DNA of 64,000 nt from Eledone cirrhosa (taxonomy: Eukaryota). Positions 14,144 to 27,406 of the stretch are shown here, one piece after another. The position numbers and the translations under genes were made by a program. The stretch is taken from NCBI GenBank assembly GCA_964016885.1, contig OZ024740.1, positions 385,826,001 to 385,890,000 on the forward strand. Direction: 5' to 3'. Every line of letters begins with the position of its first letter. The stretch's first letter is position 1. A model generated the notes under the pieces. It was given only the letters and a program-made list of their open reading frames with translations. It was not told where the DNA came from and did no database searches.

Positions 14144-14339
14144 CAGCGTCGGATTTACCATTGTGCTTCGGTGTGCTTAAGCACAGGGAATCGTTGGCTA
14201 GGGGAGCACATTTTCTTACATTTTCGTGTGTGTGTGTGTCGCATTTTTTTTTATACCGGGCCTACCTTCTTCAGGGCCCAAGTAAGGGACCTCATAACTT
14301 AACTAGCGCAGGGCCTCATTTGTCCTAAATCTGGCACTG
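14144..14339. mobile_element. hAT-type MITE
   Basis: TIRs CAGCGTCGGATTTA / TAAATCTGGCACTG; 8-bp TSD gcgttggc / gagttggc with one mismatch. Confidence 0.7.
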
Positions 14340-15215
14340 GAGTTGGCTTACCTCAAAAGGTATTAGAAAGATGCTCCAGTGCTCCTTGTGGTGGCAGTCT
14401 AGTCCTACATTTTACATATTGCTCATAACATTACTATTATAACTAATAGTTGATGCAATCAATGGGTCTGTCTGCTTGTGAAATTAACGTGCAAGTAACT
14501 CAACATTCCACAGATACGTATGCCCTTAATAGTGAGATTCGTTTTGAAACAGTGTGTCACTCAACTGAGTAGATAGGAACAACAAGAAATAAAGTGTCTT
14601 GCTCAAAGACACAACGTGCTGCCAGCAATCAAAGCCATAACCTTATGATCATGCGCCTTCAAAAGAAACAAATCAATGAAAATTATACAGAAAGAAAAAA
14701 ATGGAGAAGACATCCCTCTCATTTGGTTTACACACTAGAATCGGACATACAGGTGTTGCCTTCTAAAAAATATTTGAGGCAACGTCAGTAAGACAAGACA
14801 CCAATGATGATAACAGCTTCAATGGTCAGCAACCTGATTCTCTCATAGACATGAAGTGAGAAGTTCGGATGCTTATGTTTTTTTTCTTCAATACTATAAA
14901 CAAATTGAGTAAAATAAAAAAAAATAAAAATTGCAATTGAAATCAAGTGCCGTTCTCGGATTTGGCTCGCCACCAATCCGACAGTATTCCAATCACATTC
15001 AAACAGACGATAAAGAAAAAAAAAATGAAAACAAAAACAAAGGAAAAAGATTTACTGTTTCAAGGGAAGTAACTATAAAACACGTAATAAATTCATGTAT
15101 TATGAAATGTTCCGAAATGATTAGTTTCCCTTGCCTCTACAGATTTTTTTGTTGTTTTTTTTTCAATTTTGATTTTTCTATTTTACTGTATATTTTATTT
15201 TATTTTATTTAACAG

Positions 15216-15356
15216 AGGTGCCTTATCCCCCGATCATCTTAAAAGTGATGGCACACAGCAACTCTCCTGGCAGCGTAACTATTACATGGCAAGCTGGTGA
15301 TGATGGTAACACTCCTATCACAAGTTACATTATACAGTACAAACTAATTGTTCAAG
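15216..15356 (+). CDS. sdk: Sidekick-like exon: FN3 #1, N-terminal half
   Basis: aacag acceptor and gtaaat donor; 141 nt, phase 1-1. Reads EVPYPPIILKV..SVTITWQAGDDGNTPITSYIIQYK. Not in the ORF track. Confidence 0.9.
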
Positions 15357-15902
15357 GTAAATTCAGCATGCAAATTACACAGTAAAATAAGGCTTTATTA
15401 TGCCTAATAAATCTTAATATACACCCCATTTTTTTAATACTATAGTATCTTTATTTAAATGGTAATCTATCATGTCATATTATGTGAATTTATGTAAAAT
15501 ATCTCATGCTCTCTTTAATGTTTATTTCTAGTAAAATCCTCACAATATTCTAGAAGTTCCCTATTATATTTCTGTTGAATTTTAATAGATTTTCTCTCAA
15601 ATTTGTTAAAGGGAAAAAGTGTATCAGTTTATTTTAAAATACCAATATATATATATATATTTATATCTTAAAATACCAATATATATATATATATATCCCA
15701 GATGAGCCCCATTGATAAAGGGTGGTGTCCCAGCATGGCTTCAGCCAGATGGCTGGAACAGGTAAAAGAGTATATATATATATATAAACTGTTGTACTGG
15801 TGAAAGCTAATTATTAATCCATTTAGTACAGATAATTTAGAAGACTTTTCAACATAAAACATAATAAGTATGTGTGTGTATGTACGTATGTGTATATACA
15901 TA

Positions 15903-15941
<39 letters not shown>

Positions 15942-16149
15942 CAAAAGAGATCGATATATGATATATAGCAATCGTGCAGCTCTATGATCGCTCAATGAGA
16001 GAATTGAAGCTAAAAATCCAAGACCTCAGAGCAGCTGCACACTGCTACTATCATAGGAAACCACATACCTAATATTTTGCAGAGAACAATATATTTAGGT
16101 GAACAAAACAGGAAGACAAAATAAGTATTATGTATTTGTACATGCAATA

Positions 16150-16560
16150 TCTATGTATTGTGTTGTGAATGCATGAGTGTGTATGTAATGGCCAATGCTA
16201 ACAGCACAAACCAGTCAATGAAATGTTGTCATGCCCATCCTGTTTGTCTGCTCTGCCTCTGATGTGCTAACTCATGTGGACAGAATAAGGAAAGTGTTAC
16301 TCCAGAGGATAGTAAGGATGACACACTGAAAGATGTAGTTCAACTCATGAGGCTTACTCTTGTGAGTGGCAAACTCTGTCACGATAACAGTAAGTAGGGA
16401 GATGGTTCAGGAACCCAAAATACCAAAAGTCTCTGCTGCTATAGATTCAATCACAAACCTATTGGAAAGCAGCTGGTACTTCAACGATATGTGCACAGTA
16501 AATCCGTGTTTCCTTTTGACAAATCCTAATTATCAACAACCACAGATTGTAAAGACATAA
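16150..16560 (-). mobile_element. Old CRE-like RLE retrotransposon, 3' remnant
   Basis: Minus-strand translation KYQLLSNRFVIESIAAETFGILG..KPHELNYIFQCVILTIL.SNTF aligns with the C-terminus of the element at 44.5-46.4 kb. Confidence 0.7.
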
Positions 16561-17344
16561 TAAAGTTTTCTTCTTTTGAGAACTCAGTTTATGTTGCATC
16601 ATTTTCTGTCAGGGTAGTAGTGGTTAGCCTGGGCTTAGTTGTCACTATCATTTATCAATATTATCACCATTCTATGTTTACTATATTCAACGTTAATGTG
16701 GTTTACATATTGATGTAGAAAAATCTGTTTTTATTTGTCTCTGAATGTGTGTCTGTTGGGAAATTTTAAAGTATTACTTCTTCAGTCTACCTGTCTCAAC
16801 TCACTTTAATTCTTAATGTCTTGTGTCACATGAAACCACATTAAGTTTTTAAATTACAGTATACTGGAAATTTTCTCAACAATCTCTTCACCAGTAAAGA
16901 TACTACAAGCATTTGAATTAAACATATTTTTAGATATTTTCTGCTTAATCATTACAGGTTAAGAGTTAAATACCAGGTTGTAGGGGTTTTCTTTAACATA
17001 TTCATCTACATTCTCTCTTCTCACTATAGAAAGACTAGTTATCTCCCTTACACACATTGATTTTTCAACATTGTTTTTCACACAACATTACAATTAGTAT
17101 TTTCATTGAGCCATATCTTGTTAGTTATTACAGGCTATCAGCTTGCTCATGGTTCGTAATCAATATATTTTGCACATTTATTGTTGAATTTGCTTTCCCA
17201 CAAAGAACAATTCTTGATTGACATAGAAAGATGGCTAAAAGAAGTATTAACTACAAAATTTCCAAAAATATTCTACATTTCCCAATCTTGTGTGAATGTG
17301 TTAATTGTAATAAGAATAATTTAAAAAATGATATTGAAGCATTA

Positions 17345-17656
17345 TTTCGACCATCTTTTAAACCTTTTGTATTAAATCTTCTCTTTCATATTACAAAGCA
17401 TTTTGGGGTGAAAATGTACTTTTTTATTTTTAATACCAAACCACCCTTGACTATACAACAGAAAACTGCTTGTTTTTAAAGTGTTTATATTTATTAAAAA
17501 CCTGTCATAAGTTTTTGTAAAAACCCTTATTAACCAGGTAAATAATGATAAAATTACTTATATTACTAAATCCCTACAAATTCTTGATTCTTTTCAAAAT
17601 GATTTGAAAATAGTGGGCAATGTCTTTCAATAGAATTATGGTAATGAAAGGGTTAA
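17345..17656. mobile_element. Second piggyBac-like MITE family fragment (related pieces at about 3060-3237 and 9990-10197)
   Basis: All three share ttcttga..attttcaaaa..ttgaaaat and end in atggtaatgaa..ggTTAA. Confidence 0.55.
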
Positions 17657-17817
17657 GTTTATTTCTTCTTCTAAACCAGTTTATGTGGATGGAATTAAGT
17701 TGTGATTGAGAAATATTCTCCATTTATTTTACACTATACATTATAAATATTGTATAATCTCTTACAATTTGTTGTTAAAAACTTCATAATTTAATATTTT
17801 TGCCTGTCTCATTTTAG

Positions 17818-18009
17818 GCTCTCCTAACATGATGGCTCCTTCTTGGGATACATACCCAAATAAAATTGATGCTTATATTCGTAACTACACGATAACAGGT
17901 CTGCTGCCTGCCAGTTATTATCAGTTCCAGATTATGGCAGTCAATCAGGTAGGCGAAGGTCGACCAAGCGAGCCAGCTCCCAATCCACCTCTACTTATAC
18001 CCCAGCAGC
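17818..18009 (+). CDS. sdk: Sidekick-like exon: FN3 #1, C-terminal half
   Basis: ttttag acceptor and gtaagt donor; 192 nt. Encodes YTITGLLPASYYQFQIMAVNQVGEGRPSEP. Confidence 0.9.
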
Positions 18010-19602
18010 GTAAGTTTCTCTTTCTTTTATTAATATTTCAGTTTATAATTTTGTCTATATTTTCACACAATTACCTTTGCATTATCAGTAGAAAACCTGC
18101 CATGCCATATGTAATTTATTAGTACTTGCAAGTCGTGATTTCTTTTAAACTTTCTGATTAAATAATTTTTTTTTTTTAAATACATAACATAACATTTCTC
18201 CTTTTCCTCATTACATTGTGCTTAAGCAATAGTTGAACATCAGAATTTTATCAAACAAAAATATGTGTCTGGAAATTCTTATAACCAGAAGATTGTCAAA
18301 TAGACTTTTCACAATAATAGACTTTTCATATAAATAAAAATGAGAAAGTCTCTATGTGGTTGGTTGACCTGCTAGAAATAGCATCTAAATATCCCTCAAA
18401 TTATATGCTACTGTTTTATAAAAAGAAAAAAGTAATAAGAAGGATATTGTAGTTATAGATATACTATGTCTGAATATAAGATGAGATAGTCAAGACAGGA
18501 ATGTCTTTGATCATCGGTCTGCTGGTTCAAGGAGATTAACATCAACAACAAAGAAATAGAGAAAAAGAGGGCTCTGAAGAGCAAATTATTTCATAAAGTG
18601 TGCACTAACATATGTAAAATGGTGAGCCAATGTATTTCATTTATTGAAATTAAACCTGAAATTAGAAAAAAAACTATCAGTAGCTGATTGATTCATTTTG
18701 AGCAAAAGGAAAGGCAGAACTGACAACCCAGAAATAGAAATTGATTAAAAGTAAATTTCAGTAGAAAGTAAGCCTAATTTTTAGCAGTATGGTGATAATT
18801 CTGACCATGTTGCAGTCATATTAGACCACAACAGCAATGCATAATCACACTGTAGATGCCAGATCCTAGATTGACTAAAGAGGAATATTAGATTTTAAGG
18901 AATGAACAATGAGTGGCATGATAACTTAAAGGAATGACAAGGGAAAATTCCCAGGAACACATGCTGCATGAAAAACAAATAGTAAAGTGAGTGTAAATAT
19001 ACTTGATAAAGTGAGCCTATGGATTTTGATTAATCATGATTTCATAACAAGTGCTTATTTTAGAATTATTATTTTGTTATTCCAAATATTTATTCTTTGA
19101 ATATAGTTAAAATTTCAAATCCTTTGCTATAAAAATGTCAAAATTAACAAAATAAACACATAGATGTTAAATATTGAATATATAACTCAATATTTTAAGT
19201 TTAACACATTTGTCTCCCTCCTTAAAGAAAATGTATTGGCTTTAATCCTCATTTTGGAAGAATAGTATTATAGCATTCTTATCATGTAAGCGATGCAGTT
19301 TCTCTGACTATGCGAAACAATTCATGAAATGCTTATCTATTATTCCATTATTGTCACATCTATTAGACATTTTCTTTATGTAGGTGATATATGTATATGT
19401 GTATATGTATGTATATGTGTGTGTGTGTGTATACATGTATGCATATATCTATGTATATATGTGTATATATATATGTATATATGTATGCATATATATATGT
19501 ATGTTTATATGTATATATATATATATATGTATATATATATACATGTATATATGTATGTATATATGTATATATATGTGTGTATATATATGTATATATATAC
19601 AC

Positions 19603-19638
<36 letters not shown>

Positions 19639-19725
19639 GCATATATATACATATATATATATGTATATATATACATATATATACATATATATATGTATAT
19701 ATATATATATACATATATGTATGTA

Positions 19726-19778
<53 letters not shown>

Positions 19779-19932
19779 ATGTATGTATGTATGTATATAT
19801 GTATGTATATATTTATATATATGTATGTATATATGTATATATATGTATGTATATATGTATATATATGTATGTATGTATATATGTATATATATATATGTAT
19901 ATATGTATGTATGTATATATGTATATATGTAT

Positions 19933-20537
19933 GTCAGGTCACCAGTTGGTGCTACTGGTAACATGTATCCCAGTACAACCTGACCCATGGTCGGGTCATT
20001 GGCGACTAAACTGGCAACCCCACCAAGGTTTCTTGGTGAGGAGGGTGACTTTGGACATCCTGCAGGACTAAAAACAAGACCTGTCAAAGGGCAAAGGAGC
20101 TCTTAAGAGTCAATGGCCATCCAAAATCACCGGGAGAGATGACCCCTTAGCCTTTGTCAAGGCAGAATTCTAGGAGAAGGAAAACTCTGATATAAGACCT
20201 GCAACCCTGATGGTATCCAATGTTGACTTGTTCTTCTTTTTGGTAAATATCATCTTGGTTAAGAGAGTGGGACTGGCTTCGTGTAGTGCCTTTGCTCACT
20301 ATAAAAGCTTCACGGCACAGGCATTGCTTTGTATCTGGAGATCTCTCTGCACTTGTCATCACATGGTACCATGGGCCCAGCGCTATGTGTCAATATTTGT
20401 CACAAGTGTAGTGTTTGTACCAGAGTTTTCAAGTCGCTGGCTGGACTAAAAGGTCACACTCGTTCAGTGCATCGGTAGGGGTTCTCCTATATGGATATAA
20501 AGTAGTGGCCGTACTCGAAAACGAGTTGGCAGCCACC
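19933..20537 (+). mobile_element. Non-autonomous bipartite RTE element, copy 1
   Basis: About 605 bp. RTE 5'UTR-like motifs (ggcgactaaac; ctaggagaaggaaaactctga) joined to an RTE 3' end (C2H2 remnant and a ctcg-aaaa-cgag terminal hairpin). Confidence 0.85.
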
Positions 20538-20953
20538 ATATATGTATGTATGTATATATGTATATATATATATGTATGTATGTATATATATATATGTATG
20601 TATGTATATATATATATATGTATGTATGTATATATATATATATGTATGTATATATATATGTATGTATATATGTATGTATATATATATATATGTATGTATA
20701 TATGTATGTATGTATATATATATGTGTATGTATGTATATAAGTATATATATATATATATGTATGTATATATGTATATATATATATGTAAGTATGTATATA
20801 TATATATGTATGTATATATGTATATATATATATGTATATATATATATGTATGTATGTATATATGTATATATATATATGTATGTATGTATATATGTATATG
20901 TATGTATGTATGTATGTATATATGTATGTATGTATGTATGTATATATATGTAT

Positions 20954-21560
20954 GTCAGGTCACCAGTTGGTGCTACTGGTAACCTGTGTCCCAGTACAAC
21001 CTGTCGCATGGTCGGGTCGTTGGCGACTAAACTGGCAACCCCACCAAGGTTTCTTGGTGAGGAGGGTGACTTTGGACATCCTGCAGGACTAAAAACAAAA
21101 CCTGTCAAAGGGCAAAGGAGCTCTTAAGAGTCAATGGCCATCCAAAATCACTGGGAGAGATGACCCCTTAGCCTTTGTCAAGGCAGAATTCTAGGAGAAG
21201 GAAAACTCTGATATAACACCTGCAACTCTGATGGTATCCAATGATGTTGACTTGTTCTTCTTTTTGGTAAATATCATCTTGGTTAAGAGAGTGGGACTGG
21301 CTTTGTGCAGTGCCTTTGCTCACTATAAAAGCTTCACGGCACAGGCATTGCTTTATATCTGGAGATCTCTCTGCACTTGTCATCACATGGTACCATGGCC
21401 CAGCACTATGTGTCAATAATTGTCACAGGTGTAGTGTTTGTACCAGAGTTTTCAAGTCGCTGGCTGGACTAAAAAGTCACACTCGTTCAGTGCATCGGTA
21501 GGGGTTCTCCTACATGGATATAAAGTAGTGGCCGTACTCGAAAACGAGTTGGCAGCCACC
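20954..21560 (+). mobile_element. Non-autonomous bipartite RTE element, copy 2
   Basis: Near-identical to copy 1. Encodes the remnant [23 protein letters not shown]. Confidence 0.85.
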
Positions 21561-21600
21561 ATATATATGTATGTATGTATGTATGTATATATATATAGAT

Positions 21601-22205
21601 GTCAGGTCACCAGTTGGTGCTACTGGTAACATGTATCCCAGTACAACCTGACCCATGGTCGGGTCATTGGCGACTAAACTGGCAACCCCACCAAGGTTTC
21701 TTGGTAAGGAGGGTGGCTTTGGACATCCTGCAGGACTAAAAACAAAACCTGTCAAAGGGCAAAGGAGCTCTTAAGAGTCAATGGCCATCCAAAATCACTG
21801 AGAGAGATGACCCTTTAGCCTTTGTCAAGGCAGAATTCTAGGAGAAGGAAAACTCTGATATAACACCTGCAACTCTGATGGTATCCAATGATGTTGACTT
21901 GTTCTTCTTTTTGGTAAATATCATCTTGGTTAAGAGAGTGGGACTGGCTTCGTGCAGTGCCTTTGCTCACTATAAAAGCTTCACGGCACAGGCATTGCTT
22001 TATATCTGGAGATCTCTCTGCACTTGTCGTCACATGGTACCATGGGCCCAGCACTATGTGACAATAATTGTCACAAGTGTAGTGTTTGTACCAGAGTTTT
22101 CAAGTCGCTGGCTGGACTAAAAAGTCACACTCGTTCAGCGCATCGGTAGTTCTCCTAAATGGATATAAAGTAGTGGCCGTACACGAAAACGAGTTGGCAG
22201 CCACC
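21601..22205 (+). mobile_element. Non-autonomous bipartite RTE element, copy 3
   Basis: Near-identical to copies 1 and 2. Confidence 0.85.
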
Positions 22206-22226
22206 ATGTATATATGTATATATGTA

Positions 22227-22293
<67 letters not shown>

Positions 22294-22339
22294 ATCTATA
22301 TATATATATGTATGTATATATATATATATGTATGTATAT

Positions 22340-22380
<41 letters not shown>

Positions 22381-22461
22381 TATGTATGTATATATATATA
22401 CATATGTATATATATATACATATGTATATATATATGTATGTATATATATATATATATGATG

Positions 22462-22497
<36 letters not shown>

Positions 22498-22535
22498 AAT
22501 ATATGTATATATATATATGTGCATGTATATATATG

Positions 22536-22636
<101 letters not shown>

Positions 22637-25238
22637 GTCGGTTTATGATGTAGGCAGACGTGTTCTGGGATTGGTGCAGAGAAAACATCAGGACTGGTTT
22701 AATGAGAAAGATGTGCATATAGATGACTTGTTGGCTGATAAGAGGCGCGCTCTGTCACGCTACTTGACGGCAAGACCACAGGAGAGGAATACGTTGCATG
22801 AGGCGCTCAGGGATGTAAAATCACGTGTTAGGCGGAGTCTTTCTCAGATGAAGGATCAGTGGTGGAGTGAGAAGGCTGGTGAGATACAAACTGCGTCTGA
22901 TTGCAATAACACAAAGCTGTTGTACAGTCTCTTGCGTGAGGTTTATGGACCGTCTTCTTCTCTGGTGACACCGATTCGCAGCAAGGATGGCAGAGAGCTT
23001 CTTCGTGACTCACAGGGAATTCTACGAAGGTGGCGGGAGCACTTTGATGATCTTTTGAATCAGCCGTCTGTCGTCAGTGAAGATTTCCTCAATCTCATTC
23101 CGGAAAGTCCTGTGAAAGTAGCTCTCGCAGAGCCTCCGACACTTGTGGAGGTTGCAGTGGCTATTTCGAAGCTGAACAGTGGAAGATCTCCAGGTATGGA
23201 TGGCATACATGCTGAGCTCCTACAATATGGTGGTGAGAGACTCCTGCAACATCTTCACTCTCTGTTTGGAAGGATATGGGCTAATGAATCCGTGCCTGAG
23301 GACTGGAGAGATGCAGTAATGGTGGTCTTGTACAAGGGAAAGGGTAACAGGAATGATTGTGGGAACTACAGAGGTATATCATTGCTTTCTGTCGTGGGGA
23401 AAGTTTTATGTAGGGTGCTTCTGGACCGTCTGCTGACACACATTGCAGATTGTGTCCTTCCTGAAAGTCAATCTGGTTTTCGTGTTGGACGCGGCACTAC
23501 TGATATGATCTTCTCAGCTAGACAGCTCCAGGAGAAGTGCATTGAACAGGGCTTGGATCTGTATCAGGTTTTTGTCGATCTGACAAAGGCTTTCGATACT
23601 GTCAACAGAGATGCATTATGGAAGGTTCTCCAGAAACTTGGTTGCCCTGATAAGTTCCTTGCTTTAGTTAGGTCTTTCCATGACGACATGAAGGCTTGGG
23701 TTAATGTCGGAGGTAACATGTCGGAGCCTATCTCAGTAAAAAATGGAGTGAAACAGGGGGATATTCCAGCACCGACCCTGTTTGCCATATACTTTGCAAT
23801 GGTTTTCTGTATTGCATTCAGGAATTGCGAGCATGGTGTTTACATCCGATATCGAACCTCAGGCAGCATATTTAACATCAGGCGCTTTGCTGCGAAGACA
23901 AAAGTATTTACATCAGTCATAAGAGACCTCTTGTATGCAGATGATTGCGATCTTGTAGCGCACACAGAGAGTGATATGCAGCACATTTTGAATGTATTTT
24001 CTGACGCTTGCACTGCCCTGGGTTTGACTGTCAGTCTCAAGAAAACCGTCGTCATGTACCAACCTGCACCTGGTAGGCAGTACACTGAACCAAACATCTA
24101 TGTGTATGGCAAACGACTTGGAGTGGTTGATCAGTTTGTCTACCTGGGAAGCACTGTCAATCGATACGGCAACCTTGACAGTGAAATCTCACTTAGGATT
24201 AGGAAAGCAAGTGATGCTTTCGGAAAGCTAGAAAGGCGACTCTGGGGTCGGCGAGACATATGCAGGAGGACAAAGGTAAAGGTGTACAGGGCATGTGTAC
24301 TCTCTTGTCTTCTTTATGCCTGCGAGACCTGGGTCACATATCGACGCCACCTTAAGCAATTGGAGCGTTTCCATCAGATGTGTCTCAGACGGATACATGG
24401 CGTTCGCTGGAGGGACCACATCAGTGATGTCGAGATTTTGGAAAGCTCTATGTGTGACAGTATAGAAGCTCTTGTGCTTAGGCAGCGACTCCGTTGGAGT
24501 GGTCACCTTGCCAGGATGAAGGATTCTAGAATACCAAAACAACTCTTCTATGGAGAGTTGGTTAAAGGAAAACGACCGCCACATAAACCAAAAAAGAGGT
24601 ATAAGGATTCCTTGAAGGCCTCTCTGAAAGACGCTAACATCTCTGCTGATACATGGGAAAATATTGCTGCTGATCGTAATAAATGGAGAAAGACTGTATA
24701 TGAGGGAAAAGTTGCCTTTGAGGCATCTCGAATCGCACACGAGAAAGTAAAGCGGGACGTGAGGAAGGGTATTGCTGTTGCACTTCCAGACGGCGAGGGT
24801 CCTCCTATGTTTCTGACATGCAGCGTCTGTGCGAGACTCTGCCTAAGCAAAGCTGGACTCGAAAGTCATCTTCGCAGTCATAAAGTAAGACCAGTGGTTG
24901 ACTACCAGGCTGCTGTTGGAGATGCTACTCATCATGCTTGCCAAACATGTGGTAGAGAATGTAAATCAGCAGGAGGACTCAAGCGACATGCAAAAGTACA
25001 CGAACTCCAACCACAGCCGACTATTCCCAGTAAATGTTTTGGTTGCCGACTCTGTGCAAGACATTTTGGATCATTGGCTGGGCTAAAAAGCCACATTCGA
25101 TCGCAGCACTGTTAGTTGCTATCGTGTGTTTGTGTGTGTGTGTGTGTGTGTGTAGATATGCTTATGTGCGTGCGTGTGTGTGTATATATATATGAATATG
25201 TATATTATTATTGTTGTTGTCGTTATTATTATTATTGC

Positions 25239-25320
<82 letters not shown>

Positions 25321-25364
25321 CTTATTGTGCAATGGCCATACTCGATAACGAGGGGGCAGCCATC
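22637..25364 (+). mobile_element. 5'-truncated RTE (BovB-like) LINE: RT plus three C-terminal C2H2 fingers
   Basis: Open frame from about 22650 to 25115 with [45 protein letters not shown] and LRWSGH, then three CxxC-x12-H-x3/4-H fingers. The endonuclease is missing; the 3' hairpin is ctcg-ataa-cgag. Confidence 0.92.
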
Positions 25365-25503
25365 ATATATGTATGTATATATATATGTATATATGTATAT
25401 ATATATATATGTATGTATATATATATGTATATATGTATGTATATATATATGTATATATGTATGTATATATATATATATGTATGTATATATATATATATGT
25501 ATG

Positions 25504-25561
<58 letters not shown>

Positions 25562-25687
25562 TATGTATGTGTATATATATATATATATATATGTATGTGT
25601 ATATATATATATATATGTATATGTATATATATATGTATGTATATATGTATGTATACATACATATATATACATTGTTATATATATATA

Positions 25688-25996
25688 TTGTTCTTTTTGG
25701 TAAATATCATCTTGGTTAAGAGAGTGGGACTGGCTTCGTGCAGTGCCTTTGCTCACTATAAAAGCTTCACGGCACAGGCATTGCTTTATATCTGGAGATC
25801 TCTCTGCACTTGTCGTCACATGGTACCATAGGCCCAGCGCTGTGTATCAATAATTGTCACAAGTGTAGTGTTTGTACCAGAGTTTTCAAGTCGTTGGCTG
25901 GACTAAAAAGTCACACTCATCAGCACATCGGTAGGGGTTCTCCTACATAGATATAAAGTAGTGGCCGTACTCGAAAACGAGTTGGCAGCCACCACC
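25688..25996 (+). mobile_element. Non-autonomous bipartite RTE element, copy 4 (5'-truncated)
   Basis: Matches the 3' about 310 bp of copies 1-3. Confidence 0.85.
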
Positions 25997-26037
25997 ATAT
26001 ATATATATATGTATATATATATATGTATGTATGTATG

Positions 26038-26083
<46 letters not shown>

Positions 26084-26099
26084 TATGTATATATATATG

Positions 26100-26177
<78 letters not shown>

Positions 26178-26187
26178 AACCAGTAAG

Positions 26188-26281
26188 ACCCCGAAAGCTG
26201 AGCTCAAGCCGTTTTGACGGCTAATTCTGGACTAAATGAAAATTTATCCTGGTATTTAAATAGCCGATCTTCTCAAGGGGT
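26188..26281 (-). ncRNA. Type I hammerhead motif, mutated copy in the 3' pLTR
   Basis: Reverse complement of the 29062-29155 motif, but GAAA is now AAAA and GUC is now UUC. Confidence 0.6.
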
Positions 26282-27406
26282 AATTCCATATATGGTCAAA
26301 GTGATTGTCAAAAATCAGTAGTAATTCTGTGGTTGCAAATTAGTAGGGGAGATGGTGGCTAAACCTGCCAGTAGGAGAAAGAGGGGAGGGGGTGGAGTAG
26401 CCCCAATCAAGCGTTTGTAGTGCCAGCTACAGCTGGGCATGAGGTCAAAGAAGATACAGGGGAGGGGGGGGGGGGAGTCGGAACGGTAGGTAGAACAATG
26501 GGGGGTAGAAATATATAGGAAAGAAAAAAAATACTGAGAGTGAAGAAAAGCAAATAAGTGTAAAGAAAAACAAATGAGTGTAAAGAAAAAAGTAAAGTAA
26601 ATTAAAATCTACGACCTAGGTCTCTAGCTATTGTTAGTCTGGAATAAATAAATAAAGAAAGAAAGAAAGAAGTAAAGAAAGAAATAAAGAAATAACGAAA
26701 TAAGTAAAAGAACTAGGTGGGACGGAATAGGCGAGGAACCTTTTAAGAGGTATAAGTACGTAAATGATACGGTGACGGGTGAACAAAAGGGGCCAAAATA
26801 CTAAAGAGACTACCACGAAATAAACAATAAAGGTTTCCATCCCGGGCACAATTCCAGCAACCACCCAGTGCAGCAAAGTGAACTAATACGAGATAATAAT
26901 TCTGAGTCCCGAGAAAAATATATACTAATGCTAACTCTAAAAGATCTAAAACAAGCTACATGAAAGTTCGTACGAAGTAAAGGTAGAATACAGAAGAATA
27001 AATTCAGAATCCACCCCGCCCAAAAGAAAAGCGAAGAAAGAAATACTGAAACGAAAAAATAAGGCATAAGTGCCACTAAGAAATATAGAGGGCACAGAGA
27101 ATAGTGGGAGCGGTCGGAAAAAGGGGACAAGTATCCGGGGTCTAAACCAACTGCTATAAAGGGCGGAGTCCGCCAAATCTATCCTAGACTAGGGGAGGGG
27201 GTGGGGGTACTAAGGCTACAAGGGGCCAAAGGGCAGCCTCAGGTGGGCGAGAAAAGACGCCGACAAAGGAGAAGAGCTGGGGTAGAAGGACTAAGGAGAG
27301 AGGGGGGAAGGAAGGAAATAAAGGAAGCGATAAAGGAATACAAAGAAGATCTTACGTCTCCCTTGGCAAGCAGGGGTTACCCATTGCAAAATCGGCAAGT
27401 GGGGTG

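Noticed and set aside
19933-20020. HDV-like ribozyme at the 5' end of the non-autonomous RTE
   Set aside because: I could not place P3/L3/P1.1 between the candidate P1 and P2 strands; kept only as an unclassified structured module.
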